Virus record (IMG/VR): IMGVR_UViG_3300030098_001779
Location: 1 to 64,000 of that record
Reading direction: 5' to 3' (one strand)
From: a virus
Length of the DNA stretch: 64,000 nucleotides
Part shown: positions 1 through 9,323 of the stretch, in pieces
Layout: every line of letters starts with the position of its first letter
How positions within the stretch are numbered: the first letter of the stretch is position 1
Program-made: the position numbers and the translations under genes
The notes under the pieces: generated by a model
Seen by the model: only the letters and a program-made list of their open reading frames with translations
What the model was told of the DNA's origin: nothing
Databases searched by the model: none

Positions 1-1
1 G

Positions 2-184
2 CAGTATCAGTTTTATCGTGATGGTATAACTGATGCTTTGCTTTATGGTCGTAGAGATGAGAAGAAATTAGATGAGTTCTTCTTTAGTCATTTTTATAAA
101 AGAGGTTATGACTTTGGTCTGTGGTTGTGGAGTGAACAAGATGAAGATGCTAAAGATGAGAAAGATTATGGAGATAGAATATGA
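2..184 (+). CDS. Hypothetical protein, 5'-truncated
   Basis: Open frame from the window start (QYQFYRDGITDALLYG...) ending at a TGA that overlaps the next ATG. Confidence 0.6.
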   Translation, partial: QYQFYRDGITDALLYGRRDEKKLDEFFFSHFYKRGYDFGLWLWSEQDEDAKDEKDYGDRI

Positions 185-369
185 ATGAAGTAGAGAAAGC
201 AGAGAAATTATATAGATTGTTAGATGACTTGGCGTGGGAATTTCAAAGAATGACTACAAGTGGTCAGTCAACACTTAACGAAATATATGAAATGGTTGGG
301 ATAGAACCTATACTTCCCGAAGATACATTAGACTTTCAATACATGATCAATAGAGTAGAGGGTAAATAA
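181..369 (+). CDS. Hypothetical early protein
   Basis: 62 aa ORF, GGAG RBS, coupled to its neighbours. Confidence 0.7.
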   Translation: MNEVEKAEKLYRLLDDLAWEFQRMTTSGQSTLNEIYEMVGIEPILPEDTLDFQYMINRVEGK

Positions 370-551
370 TGAGTAATTTAATGGAATATATGATACAGAT
401 TGCAGATCAGATCCGAGAATTACAAGAAGATGCTGATAAGAAGATGGAGATTATACTCAAAGAGATCGCATTAATTCAAGCCAAATTGCATGAATTAGAT
501 GAGAAAAAAGAGTATAATAGTAATATAGATAAATATATAAAACGAAAGTAG
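369..551 (+). CDS. Hypothetical coiled-coil protein
   Basis: 60 aa, TAATG coupling. Confidence 0.65.
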   Translation: MSNLMEYMIQIADQIRELQEDADKKMEIILKEIALIQAKLHELDEKKEYNSNIDKYIKRK

Positions 552-560
552 GGCAAATAT

Positions 561-1097
561 ATGCAAGAACGAAATTCAAAACCTGATGATAATAAACCAC
601 CTTTATTATCAGAGGGGACAAGTAAAATAATATCTTTGACTAAAGAAGAAAGTTTATTCTTAGATGACTCTTTTACAGTTATTATTGATGGCGAACAGAT
701 GCGTGGCTTGACTACATTAAGAGGTATGTCAGGACAAGCAAGTGTTCCTGTATCAATGGATCTAATAAGCAAAGTCGGTAGTGCAGTATTGTTTACCACC
801 GATAGAAGTAATGGTGGCAAAGAAGCATTAGTTGAATTAGATGAAGCTGACTTACTTGCTTTAAGAGAAGTAGCAAATAGTCAAGCAAGATTTGATGGTG
901 TTTCTGTTGGATACAATCTAAAGAGAAAAGTCTTAGCTTTATTATTAGAGAATGAATATGCCCAAGAAGTCAAGAAACAAAAAGACTTTAGGTATTGGTT
1001 GAGAGCATTAAATCAACTTGCACCTAGAAGAAACTATGATCAGACTAAATGGATACAAGATATAGAAGAACTTAATGAGGAGAAGAATGGAAATTAA
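561..1097 (+). CDS. Hypothetical protein
   Basis: 178 aa ORF in operon. Confidence 0.75.
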   Translation: MQERNSKPDDNKPPLLSEGTSKIISLTKEESLFLDDSFTVIIDGEQMRGLTTLRGMSGQASVPVSMDLISKVGSAVLFTTDRSNGGKEALVELDEADLLALREVANSQARFDGVSVGYNLKRKVLALLLENEYAQEVKKQKDFRYWLRALNQLAPRRNYDQTKWIQDIEELNEEKNGN

Positions 1098-1290
1098 TAG
1101 CATCTATATTGCTATCATAGGTTGGACTTCCATTATGGTTACAATACTAACAGGACTATTATTGTATACTAATTGGAAGATTTTAAAGATAACTAATTCA
1201 ATCTATGATCAAGCAAAAGCAACAAGAAAAGAATTACAGAAAGCAAACATAATAAATAAAGATATTAAAAGATTTATTGGTGGTCGTTGA
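1075..1290 (+). CDS. Small membrane protein (likely start ATG 1087)
   Basis: N-terminal hydrophobic helix; GGAG upstream of 1087. Confidence 0.65.
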   Translation: MRRRMEINSIYIAIIGWTSIMVTILTGLLLYTNWKILKITNSIYDQAKATRKELQKANIINKDIKRFIGGR

Positions 1291-1320
1291 TGACTATCTT
1301 AAATATATTAATTTCAACAG

Positions 1321-1342
1321 GGGACTTGACAAGTCCCTTTTT
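1321..1342 (+). terminator. Intrinsic terminator overlapping the -35 box of the next promoter
   Basis: GGGACTT-GAC-AAGTCCC followed by TTTTT. Confidence 0.65.
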
Positions 1343-1355
1343 ATTTTGCTATAAT
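1326..1355 (+). promoter_or_regulatory. sigma70-type early promoter
   Basis: TTGACA-N18-TATAAT with extended TG. Confidence 0.8.
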
Positions 1356-1390
1356 GTCATTAAGTCAATAATTTATAAGTAGGAGTAGAC

Positions 1391-1642
1391 ATGAGTTACG
1401 AATATGATGAACTAAAAGAGAAAGATAAATATGAGGACACTAAGGAATATGAATTTATATTTTCAGTTCCATGCTACATGAATTATACCATAGTAGCAGA
1501 GAGTGAGGAACAAGCTAGAACAATATTATTAGATGGTGGTATTGAAATTGATGGCGAATACTTTGAGTGTCCTGATGGCGATTTATCTCTAGAGCCTGAA
1601 GATTATGGAGATGCAGAACTAATAGAACAGTTGGAGATGTAA
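1391..1642 (+). CDS. Highly acidic hypothetical protein
   Basis: 83 aa, D/E-rich, AGGAG RBS. Confidence 0.75.
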   Translation: MSYEYDELKEKDKYEDTKEYEFIFSVPCYMNYTIVAESEEQARTILLDGGIEIDGEYFECPDGDLSLEPEDYGDAELIEQLEM

Positions 1643-1818
1643 TGATTAAAGTATATTTTGAAACAGATAGTACATCAGAATTAGTGGCTACATTTGAACA
1701 TGAGAGTCATTACATAGCTTGTTTACCGATACTACAAGAATTGGCTAAACAAGAAAATTGGTTAACAGTATCAGAGTCGGTGGTTACTGAAAGACTTTTT
1801 CATAGTCAGGAGATATAA
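1642..1818 (+). CDS. Hypothetical protein (58 aa, not in ORF track)
   Basis: MIKVYFETDSTSELVATF...; GGAG RBS, TAATG coupling, fills the gap exactly. Confidence 0.7.
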   Translation: MIKVYFETDSTSELVATFEHESHYIACLPILQELAKQENWLTVSESVVTERLFHSQEI

Positions 1819-1820
1819 TA

Positions 1821-2273
1821 ATGGATCTAAGTAAATACGAACCAAAGATAGAACTAGCAGATCAGTATGAGAAGATAGGGGAATGGTTCTGTGATGAATG
1901 TAATGCTGACCAAGTATATGTTGGAGATGGTAGAATGATGTGTGCCGAACTAGATTGTGAAAATCTATTTGGTAACAATGATAGCCAAGAACATATGACA
2001 GGTAGTTACGCAGACATGAATGATTTAGATGGTCATCAAGTTGAGGAACGAATAAGCGAATTTGATGGTCGCTTAATCAATATACTTTTAAGAGAACAGA
2101 GGGAAGATCTGATGAAAGAAATACTAGATAATTATTTAGGTTCTTGGGCATATGCAACTAAGGATCAACTCATAGATGAATTATCTATGGTTTATTTAGA
2201 GGGGTTGACAGGACTAAGACGAATGAATTATAATGAATTAGAACATCAACTAGCAGACTATAAGGAGAAATAG
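1821..2273 (+). CDS. Hypothetical protein with Cys cluster
   Basis: 150 aa; CDEC...CAELDC. Confidence 0.7.
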   Translation: MDLSKYEPKIELADQYEKIGEWFCDECNADQVYVGDGRMMCAELDCENLFGNNDSQEHMTGSYADMNDLDGHQVEERISEFDGRLINILLREQREDLMKEILDNYLGSWAYATKDQLIDELSMVYLEGLTGLRRMNYNELEHQLADYKEK

Positions 2274-2274
2274 T

Positions 2275-2700
2275 ATGGGTATGCCAACAGAAGATAGTAT
2301 TAAAAAGTATAAAGAAGATGTACAAGATATGGTAGATGAATTATTGGTCAGTCTTGATGAACATACATACGAAAACAATTATACTTTATATGGGGATCAT
2401 TTAATATATCCCATGATTGTTACAACATTAGTAGATGGGGATAACTATGGAGATGTATACATGGGTGGCACAACATCAGGAGATCTATGGGATACATTTA
2501 TAGATAATCTTTCTAGAGATTATGATGGAGATGCTGACGATTATGTAGGTATAAGATCAGATCAGTATCATCAATTAACTAAACTTAATCCCTATGATTA
2601 CGATCATTTTTTACAGGGCAAGATGATAGACTTATATTGTTTTGCATATAATTTAGAGTGGGACTTTACTCACAATGTATGGGAGATTGCTTATGAATGA
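2275..2700 (+). CDS. Acidic hypothetical protein
   Basis: 141 aa, AGGAG RBS. Confidence 0.75.
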   Translation: MGMPTEDSIKKYKEDVQDMVDELLVSLDEHTYENNYTLYGDHLIYPMIVTTLVDGDNYGDVYMGGTTSGDLWDTFIDNLSRDYDGDADDYVGIRSDQYHQLTKLNPYDYDHFLQGKMIDLYCFAYNLEWDFTHNVWEIAYE

Positions 2701-2971
2701 AGTAAGAGATTATGAATTAAGAGTGTATGGAATATCTAATACAATCGGTTTAGAGAAAGATATAGATAATATGTCTGATGATGAGTGGGTAGATCTAGCA
2801 GAAGAATTTGGCTATATCTCAACACTAGATACTTTTATGCACAATGTAAATAAGGGAGTGATAGCAACTGATTATTCTGAATTAATATTTAGAGTAATAG
2901 CTTTTGGCTACCATAATAAAGAGGTTGATATAGTACCTAGTAATAAATTACACTATATGATAAGGGATTGA
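2675..2971 (+). CDS. Hypothetical protein (likely start 2693)
   Basis: GGAG upstream of the second ATG. Confidence 0.7.
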   Translation: MYGRLLMNEVRDYELRVYGISNTIGLEKDIDNMSDDEWVDLAEEFGYISTLDTFMHNVNKGVIATDYSELIFRVIAFGYHNKEVDIVPSNKLHYMIRD

Positions 2972-2997
2972 CATAGGTATTTTAAATATGATACAAT
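2968..2997 (+). promoter_or_regulatory. sigma70-type early promoter
   Basis: TTGACA-N18-TACAAT. Confidence 0.75.
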
Positions 2998-3024
2998 CTA
3001 ATTAACAACGAGTTCGGAGATAGA

Positions 3025-4065
3025 ATGAACAACGAACAATTTAAATTAGCAGAACGAAAACAATTTAGAGGGGATCTATCTAATATGGTAAATGTAGTCA
3101 ATGATTACATTAACATTGATAGACAAGATTTCTTGCAAAGCACATATACTGAATTTTCTCCTGATGAAGATTGGCTCAAATACTATGCCAAAAAAGAGGG
3201 AGAATTCTGTGCAATAGGTTGGTTAGCAATAGCCAAAGACATTGATCTACCTAGCTTTACTCATAACCTAAAACCAACAGGATATGTTTATAAAGGTAAA
3301 AATATACACACTAAATATGGGGAAGATGAGAATGGTAATTGGACTGCACTTGGACAAGAAGAAGTAGTCCATGAAGTAGATGAAAGAGCCTGTGAATGTG
3401 AATTACATACTCAACAAGATGGCGAAGATAGAGAAACTTGGGTAGAAGATGACTACTTAGATTTTGGTGTAACTTATGCAGATACAGATCATATACCTGT
3501 TCCTGAAGTAGATGATGATATATTTGGGGATACATATAAAGAATACTTTTTAAAATCTACTCTTGATTTAGATAGTGTATCTAGCAGAGCATATCAAGAT
3601 ACTAAAAGATTTATTAAAGATTTACTCTTGAATTATAGAGTACCAAATGTAATCTTAGAAGATATACAGTTGATAAATGATGATCCGACTTTTACACGAT
3701 TACATTCAATCTTGGGAGATTGTGGATCAGACTATGCTTATGATAAGTCATTCGCAGTATCCGAAGATATGTATGGTAAAAGAAGTGGAGAATGTATTCA
3801 CTTATTCAATGGTCATGGTTTAAAGATAGGTAGTTGGAAGAAGAATGTTGTAGACTATTTAAAGACTACTCAAAGTTTTGCTTGGGCAGACGAAACAGAA
3901 TTTGAGAAAATGATGGATTGTACATATCAAGCAAATGCAGTAAATTCTATTGATATGGTAAAAGCATTTTTAAATCTATTATTAACGAATGATGATTATG
4001 CAGATTACTATCTGCGTGGCGAAATGAGAACAGAAGTAGATGATGAACTAAGTGAAATCGTTTAG
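3025..4065 (+). CDS. Hypothetical acidic protein
   Basis: 346 aa ORF with RBS. Confidence 0.8.
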   Translation: MNNEQFKLAERKQFRGDLSNMVNVVNDYINIDRQDFLQSTYTEFSPDEDWLKYYAKKEGEFCAIGWLAIAKDIDLPSFTHNLKPTGYVYKGKNIHTKYGEDENGNWTALGQEEVVHEVDERACECELHTQQDGEDRETWVEDDYLDFGVTYADTDHIPVPEVDDDIFGDTYKEYFLKSTLDLDSVSSRAYQDTKRFIKDLLLNYRVPNVILEDIQLINDDPTFTRLHSILGDCGSDYAYDKSFAVSEDMYGKRSGECIHLFNGHGLKIGSWKKNVVDYLKTTQSFAWADETEFEKMMDCTYQANAVNSIDMVKAFLNLLLTNDDYADYYLRGEMRTEVDDELSEIV

Positions 4066-4068
4066 GAC

Positions 4069-4098
4069 TTGACATAGATATTTCATTTATGCTAATAT
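4069..4098 (+). promoter_or_regulatory. sigma70-type early promoter
   Basis: TTGACA-N18-TAATAT. Confidence 0.65.
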
Positions 4099-4125
4099 CT
4101 AATTAACGAAACTAATTAAGGAGAA

Positions 4126-4746
4126 ATGATTATGCCAAATTGGTGTGAAAATACAGTAGAAATATGGGGAGATGAAGAAGATATGAAAGAGTTTTATGAC
4201 TTCTTCGGTGGGCAAGATAAGTTACAAGAGAACTTTTCTTTTGAGATGATCAGTCCCATGCCACAAGAATTAGATGGGACACGCAGTCCACAAAAAATCG
4301 TACCTCAATATAAACTTGATTTATTTGAGAAATTTAAATACGAGATAGATCTTAATTCAACAGAGAAAGATTATCAAAGTCAAACAATGGTTTCCAAATC
4401 TGACGATAAATTCTTTTCTGAATTTGAAAGTGTTAATGAAATTGTAAAAGATTTCTTTTACGAATATGATGGTGCGATTAGCCGAGAAACATCTGATAGA
4501 CTTAAATCAGAATATGGACATGATAATTGGTATGATTGGAGAAACGAACATTGGGGAACTAAGTGGGACATCAAGGGAGATTGTGGAAATGATGTTGTTG
4601 ATGATGATACCTGTACATTAGTCTTTAATACTGCTTGGAGTCCACCTCAACCGATCATATATAAGTTACAGGAGATGTTTCCTAAACTACAAATATTTGG
4701 TGGGTATCTTGGAGAAGGATATGAATATGCAGGAGTATTTGAATGA
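4126..4746 (+). CDS. DUF1281-like / ferredoxin-like fold protein
   Basis: Family motifs MPNWCEN, WYDWRNEHWGTKWD, FNTAWSPP. Confidence 0.75.
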   Translation: MIMPNWCENTVEIWGDEEDMKEFYDFFGGQDKLQENFSFEMISPMPQELDGTRSPQKIVPQYKLDLFEKFKYEIDLNSTEKDYQSQTMVSKSDDKFFSEFESVNEIVKDFFYEYDGAISRETSDRLKSEYGHDNWYDWRNEHWGTKWDIKGDCGNDVVDDDTCTLVFNTAWSPPQPIIYKLQEMFPKLQIFGGYLGEGYEYAGVFE

Positions 4747-4848
4747 AACAAGATTTCTTTATAATACTCATGATGACGTTGTTCATAATGTTATTATGGA
4801 CTTTGACCGAAATGGTAAAAACATTATTTAATATAGTATCATAGAGTA

Positions 4849-4878
4849 TTGACATGGCTATATTAAAAATGTTACAAT
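4849..4878 (+). promoter_or_regulatory. sigma70-type early promoter
   Basis: TTGACA-N18-TACAAT. Confidence 0.75.
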
Positions 4879-4901
4879 ACATTTATAGTAAACAATATTG
4901 A

Positions 4902-5237
4902 TTGGAGAATATGAAAATCAAAGATATAGAAAATATAACTAACGAAATAGAAATCAGACTAACTGATTTAGGTTCTGAATTATTAGAACTTAGAACAATC
5001 AAATCTGATATAGAGAAAGTTATCAAAGATATTACTACTGAAATAGTTGGTATGTTAGAAACTATTGATAGTAAGTCATTTGAAACAGACGATCTCAAAG
5101 TTTCTAAACAAGATGTAAGTAGGACTGTTATTGATAACAATGTTGCTAAAGTTGTTATCCCTAAGAAATACTTAGATAAGATTATGAAAACAACTGAGTT
5201 TTCTAAAGTCTTAGTAAAAGAGGTTCAGAATGGATAG
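4902..5237 (+). CDS. Hypothetical coiled-coil protein
   Basis: ORF after promoter; likely start ATG 4911. Confidence 0.7.
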   Translation: MENMKIKDIENITNEIEIRLTDLGSELLELRTIKSDIEKVIKDITTEIVGMLETIDSKSFETDDLKVSKQDVSRTVIDNNVAKVVIPKKYLDKIMKTTEFSKVLVKEVQNG

Positions 5238-5418
5238 AGAAGATAAAATGGAGATTATCTTAGACTATTTTCAAGAGGGTTGGTATCAAGAAGATCCTGT
5301 TGATGAACTAAGAGCATTACATATGGGACATGAGAAACCACTTCATCAATGGTCGCATGATGAGATTGATAATGAGTATGAAATGGCAAAAGAATACTTA
5401 AAAGACATTGACGATTAA
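5230..5418 (+). CDS. Acidic hypothetical protein
   Basis: 62 aa, GAGG RBS. Confidence 0.7.
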   Translation: MDREDKMEIILDYFQEGWYQEDPVDELRALHMGHEKPLHQWSHDEIDNEYEMAKEYLKDIDD

Positions 5419-5491
5419 AAACGATATCTAGATACCATATGAGTCGCTAAAACGCTTGTAAGACGATTTAAATGGCTCATATGCAGTATTT

Positions 5492-5707
5492 TTGAGGGGT
5501 ATTCCTATGGAACATAGATATAGATTAGTGGTGGAGAAAACAACAGAATATCATTTTGATATTAGCAGTAATGATGTTGATGATATCCAAACTAAAGAAG
5601 AAATAATACAATTAATTATTAATAAGAAATATAATTTACCTAAGAAAGCATTTTCAGAAAAACTTAGAGTAATATCTTGTGATGATAGTCAAGAACTATC
5701 AATATGA
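5492..5707 (+). CDS. Hypothetical protein
   Basis: ORF in operon. Confidence 0.6.
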   Translation: MRGIPMEHRYRLVVEKTTEYHFDISSNDVDDIQTKEEIIQLIINKKYNLPKKAFSEKLRVISCDDSQELSI

Positions 5708-6038
5708 AAGAGGACGTATGAAAACAGAATTTAAATACTATGGTGTGCCAAAAGCGATCATGGATAAATTTGAGGGCAATCTTTTCGTTGCTAGTGATTT
5801 TATCAAAGTAGCAAAAGAATGTAACATGGCTTGGACTGAAAAACAGTATCATGCTATCAAAAAGAATATTAATCATACTGTAAATAATATTAAGAAAATT
5901 AAAGTATGGTCGGATATAAGAGATTTAGTTTACATATTCCAAGAGGGATATAATTACAGATCTACTGAAAAACATGGTGTGTTTGATTACTATCCATGCA
6001 GTAGAGATTTAAAATTCAACATGAAGAAAGGTAGATGA
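5679..6038 (+). CDS. Hypothetical protein (likely start 5718)
   Basis: GAGG RBS upstream of MKTEF. Confidence 0.65.
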   Translation: MMIVKNYQYERGRMKTEFKYYGVPKAIMDKFEGNLFVASDFIKVAKECNMAWTEKQYHAIKKNINHTVNNIKKIKVWSDIRDLVYIFQEGYNYRSTEKHGVFDYYPCSRDLKFNMKKGR

Positions 6039-6042
6039 TATC

Positions 6043-6207
6043 ATGGATAGATATGAATTAATAGATGAATTAGCACAATTACTAATTGATGAGCAGAATA
6101 TGGATTTATTTGACATAGTAGTACAGGGTTTGGATACTTGGTCAGACGCAGATATAAAATCCTTAGCAGATGATTATTCTTTAGTAATGAGTGTTGACAA
6201 TGCTTAG
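6043..6207 (+). CDS. Acidic hypothetical protein (54 aa, not in ORF track)
   Basis: MDRYELIDELAQLL...; fills intergenic gap. Confidence 0.6.
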   Translation: MDRYELIDELAQLLIDEQNMDLFDIVVQGLDTWSDADIKSLADDYSLVMSVDNA

Positions 6208-6415
6208 TGAAATATTGTATGATGAAAGTATCAACGATTTAGAAGGTATACTTAAAATGGAGAAATGGGAGAAAAGAGATAAGAAACGAAATACTAAAAA
6301 GAAGTTTAAAGACTTTAAAAATAACATAAAGTCAATAAGCGTTCTTGCAGAGATCTCAACTAAACCTGTTTCTAAAAAGAGGTATAGAAAAGATAAGGGT
6401 ATTGACAAGACATAA
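6191..6415 (+). CDS. Basic hypothetical protein (likely start 6257)
   Basis: Lies downstream of promoter TTGACA 6194-N18-TATGAT. Confidence 0.5.
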   Translation: MLTMLSEILYDESINDLEGILKMEKWEKRDKKRNTKKKFKDFKNNIKSISVLAEISTKPVSKKRYRKDKGIDKT

Positions 6416-6431
6416 TTGAATATGTTATAAT
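6402..6431 (+). promoter_or_regulatory. sigma70-type early promoter
   Basis: TTGACA-N18-TATAAT. Confidence 0.8.
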
Positions 6432-6464
6432 ACTTGTATAGCAACTAAAACAGGATATAAAACA

Positions 6465-6950
6465 ATGAGTTTTAATAAAGCACGAAAGACAATAGAATGG
6501 CACAATGAAGGACATCAATTATCACAATGGGCAAAAGCTGATTATGGATTTGATAGTCAACACAATAATTACGAGATTACAGGTAATGGTAATCCTACAA
6601 CTATTGAGGGTTTAGAAGAAGAATACAATAGAGTAGGGTGGAAACAATGTACTGAATGTGATGAGAACGAATTGACACCATACGTTGAATGGAGATTAGT
6701 ATCTGATGACTATGATGAAGATCAAGCTGATGATAGTGAGTGGAACTTAGAAACAGTAGGACATATTGGTAAAATATATCCTATGGCTCATTCAACTGAA
6801 TTAAGTTGTTTAAGTGGTGGTGGAAAACCATGCTTTCTATGTTTAGAAACCATTACAGGTAAATGGGCAGTTGATGAGGGTTGCCCACATATTCAACTAA
6901 AAGAAAATGGTAAATGGGTAACTAAGTATGACTTTAGTTACTATGGTTAA
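6465..6950 (+). CDS. Hypothetical protein with CxxC motifs
   Basis: 161 aa. Confidence 0.75.
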   Translation: MSFNKARKTIEWHNEGHQLSQWAKADYGFDSQHNNYEITGNGNPTTIEGLEEEYNRVGWKQCTECDENELTPYVEWRLVSDDYDEDQADDSEWNLETVGHIGKIYPMAHSTELSCLSGGGKPCFLCLETITGKWAVDEGCPHIQLKENGKWVTKYDFSYYG

Positions 6951-6964
6951 AAAGTTAATATTTT

Positions 6965-7206
6965 AAAAAAGGGTTTTGGAACATTTATGAAATGTTGATC
7001 AATGGATTAAATGTGAGTGGCAGAACTTTGGGTTGGTATCCCAAATTGCAGATTGGCAAACGAACTGACGAACAAGTGTTTGAGGTCGTGATGAGATCGT
7101 ATGTGTAGAGTATAAAGAAAGCGAGTGTTCAAAGCAGAACTTACTACTCACAGGACATCAGAGGACATAAAATCTCAATTCCTCTCTCTTACCAAAACCT
7201 TTTTTT
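6965..7206 (+). ncRNA. Candidate structured ncRNA (~240 nt)
   Basis: Gap with no ORF of 60 aa or more, closed by a 15-bp terminal stem AAAAAAGGGTTTTGG/CCAAAACCTTTTTTT; internal hairpins. Confidence 0.45.
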
Positions 7207-7212
7207 AAGGTA

Positions 7213-7242
7213 TTGACACAACAATATCAAATATGTTATCAT
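7213..7242 (+). promoter_or_regulatory. sigma70-type early promoter
   Basis: TTGACA-N18-TATCAT. Confidence 0.7.
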
Positions 7243-7270
7243 GAGGATAACAACGATTTAAGGAGATTAC

Positions 7271-7684
7271 ATGGCTTTAACATGGGACTTACGAAATGTA
7301 GACTTACCACAAGAAACTTTATATGTAAAAGAAGATAGTGGAGAAGAACATTTAAATCCAATCACTTGGGCAATCGTTTGGTCAACTATATTTATAGGAT
7401 TTAATGAAATAACTGAAAAGAATTTAAATGATTGGCACAGACGAATGAAACAATTAGAGATAAGTGGAATGGGATTGCTTGGAGAGAAAGATAGTGATGT
7501 AAAGCGTATGCCGAATTTAAGAGAACTCAAATTACACATTGGTTTAAAAACTAATGGTTCTTTGATTAAGAAAGGTTCAGCGTGGAATAGAGAATTAGTA
7601 AGACAAGTTAATCTTACTGCTGATACTATAATTAAACAAGAAAGAGAAGAACTAGCAGAAGTGGAGAAATCTGATGAAGATTGA
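7271..7684 (+). CDS. Hypothetical protein
   Basis: 137 aa, AGGAG RBS. Confidence 0.8.
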   Translation: MALTWDLRNVDLPQETLYVKEDSGEEHLNPITWAIVWSTIFIGFNEITEKNLNDWHRRMKQLEISGMGLLGEKDSDVKRMPNLRELKLHIGLKTNGSLIKKGSAWNRELVRQVNLTADTIIKQEREELAEVEKSDED

Positions 7685-8063
7685 TATAACAAGTGAAACA
7701 AGTGGATACATGAAGATTGGAGATTGGGTAGTCTATGTTGATGACAGTACAGGAGAGAAGATCATTCACTCTTGGATAGAAAATGATATTAAATATGATG
7801 CAACAGGACAACGAAGTGGAGAGATCTTAGAACACTCTAAGAAAGGTACTAGAACAGTTGATTATAGCGATCATGAAGTCATGGTTAAATTTAGAGAGAA
7901 TAGAAACTACATCAATGATATGCTTGGAGAACACAAGTACAGAGTAGGTAGTATTTTATATAACTCAAATGGTCATGAGGTCAGAGATCTCAATGGCAAT
8001 GCTATTTTTATTGATAGCCATTTTTTATCACATTATGACGATATAGAAATTGAGGTATCATAA
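7674..8063 (+). CDS. Hypothetical protein
   Basis: 129 aa, overlapping start. Confidence 0.75.
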   Translation: MKIDITSETSGYMKIGDWVVYVDDSTGEKIIHSWIENDIKYDATGQRSGEILEHSKKGTRTVDYSDHEVMVKFRENRNYINDMLGEHKYRVGSILYNSNGHEVRDLNGNAIFIDSHFLSHYDDIEIEVS

Positions 8064-8293
8064 TGGAGAGTTGGGAGAGAAAAGATACTAATAGACAACT
8101 TAAATTGCTTGGAGAAATTAACTTAGAATTTGAAGTGTTGAAAGAAACCAACGCTGAAAATATAAAAAGAGTAGAGGATTTCATAGAGGAATATAAAGAG
8201 GTCATAAATAAATTATCATATGTAGATATCTATAAACCTATTGAGAAAGATTTAAGAGATCTACTAGAAAAACATTTTCCATTAATGACTTGA
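8063..8293 (+). CDS. Hypothetical protein
   Basis: 76 aa, TAATG coupling. Confidence 0.7.
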   Translation: MESWERKDTNRQLKLLGEINLEFEVLKETNAENIKRVEDFIEEYKEVINKLSYVDIYKPIEKDLRDLLEKHFPLMT

Positions 8294-8319
8294 CATGGTT
8301 ATTTCTAATATGCTACAAT
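8290..8319 (+). promoter_or_regulatory. sigma70-type early promoter
   Basis: TTGACA-N18-TACAAT. Confidence 0.75.
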
Positions 8320-8347
8320 GTTTATAGAAACAATAACAGGAGAATAA

Positions 8348-8725
8348 ATGAATAGCTTAATTGCAAACTTATCCCCATATGCAGATGAAGAAGAAACTTA
8401 CGCTTTTGAATATGATATAACAGAGGAATTTACACAACATCTTAATAAAGTAGTAAATGTAAAAGGTAAGGATCTCACATGGGCAAGATTAACAGGTAGT
8501 AAAAAATTCTACTTAATTGAACCTTTGGATATCGTAAAACAATTAGTACCTATAAATACTGATTTTACTTACCGAATGGAGAAAGTGGGGAAGATGAAAT
8601 ATAAAGTAGCAAGTTCAAATCATGATAGTACAGAATATTATGATATAGAAATAACTGATGGTTTATCTGATGAAGAAATTGTGAGAATGGAATTATCAGA
8701 TGAACTATTGACAGAGCATTATTAA
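8348..8725 (+). CDS. Hypothetical protein
   Basis: 125 aa, AGGAG RBS. Confidence 0.75.
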   Translation: MNSLIANLSPYADEEETYAFEYDITEEFTQHLNKVVNVKGKDLTWARLTGSKKFYLIEPLDIVKQLVPINTDFTYRMEKVGKMKYKVASSNHDSTEYYDIEITDGLSDEEIVRMELSDELLTEHY

Positions 8726-8737
8726 ATATGCTATAAT
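8708..8737 (+). promoter_or_regulatory. sigma70-type early promoter
   Basis: TTGACA-N18-TATAAT. Confidence 0.8.
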
Positions 8738-8766
8738 GTAATTATCAGAACAATAACAGGAGAAAC

Positions 8767-9177
8767 ATGATAAAAGACATAGAGGTAAACACTAAAAGTT
8801 TAACCACTTTAATAGAAGATATCTATGACAGATTTGATGCTCTTGAAGATGATGAGGGTAAATCAAAATCTCAACAAGCATTGATTATGACTTCTTTCTT
8901 TGAAAATATACAGAAGAAGAAAGGATTATCTGATCATTTAGTTGAAAAGTTACAGAATGATAAATTCAAACTTACAAGACAGATAGATAAATTGAAGAAT
9001 GAAATCGCAGTATTGGAACAAGTCTACGATAATATTCAACATAAATATCTAAGCGTGGGAAGGGGAATAGATAGTATACATAGCGTATTAAAAAGATTAG
9101 CATTTGATGATAAACATCAAGTATTTAAAGATGATCTATTAGTAAAGCTATGGAAGATTAAATCAGATTGGTATTGA
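8767..9177 (+). CDS. Hypothetical coiled-coil protein
   Basis: 136 aa, AGGAG RBS. Confidence 0.75.
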   Translation: MIKDIEVNTKSLTTLIEDIYDRFDALEDDEGKSKSQQALIMTSFFENIQKKKGLSDHLVEKLQNDKFKLTRQIDKLKNEIAVLEQVYDNIQHKYLSVGRGIDSIHSVLKRLAFDDKHQVFKDDLLVKLWKIKSDWY

Positions 9178-9203
9178 CAAGCATATAATCAATATGATAT
9201 AAT
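9174..9203 (+). promoter_or_regulatory. sigma70-type early promoter
   Basis: TTGACA-N18-TATAAT. Confidence 0.8.
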
Positions 9204-9323
9204 CATTATGTAGGGTAAATAAAGAGATGTATGAAGTCTAATGGTATGTTAAAGAGCCAATTCACACTCATCTCACAGAACACTTTACAAGAAATAAACA
9301 ATAAATAAACTATTAAATGGAGT

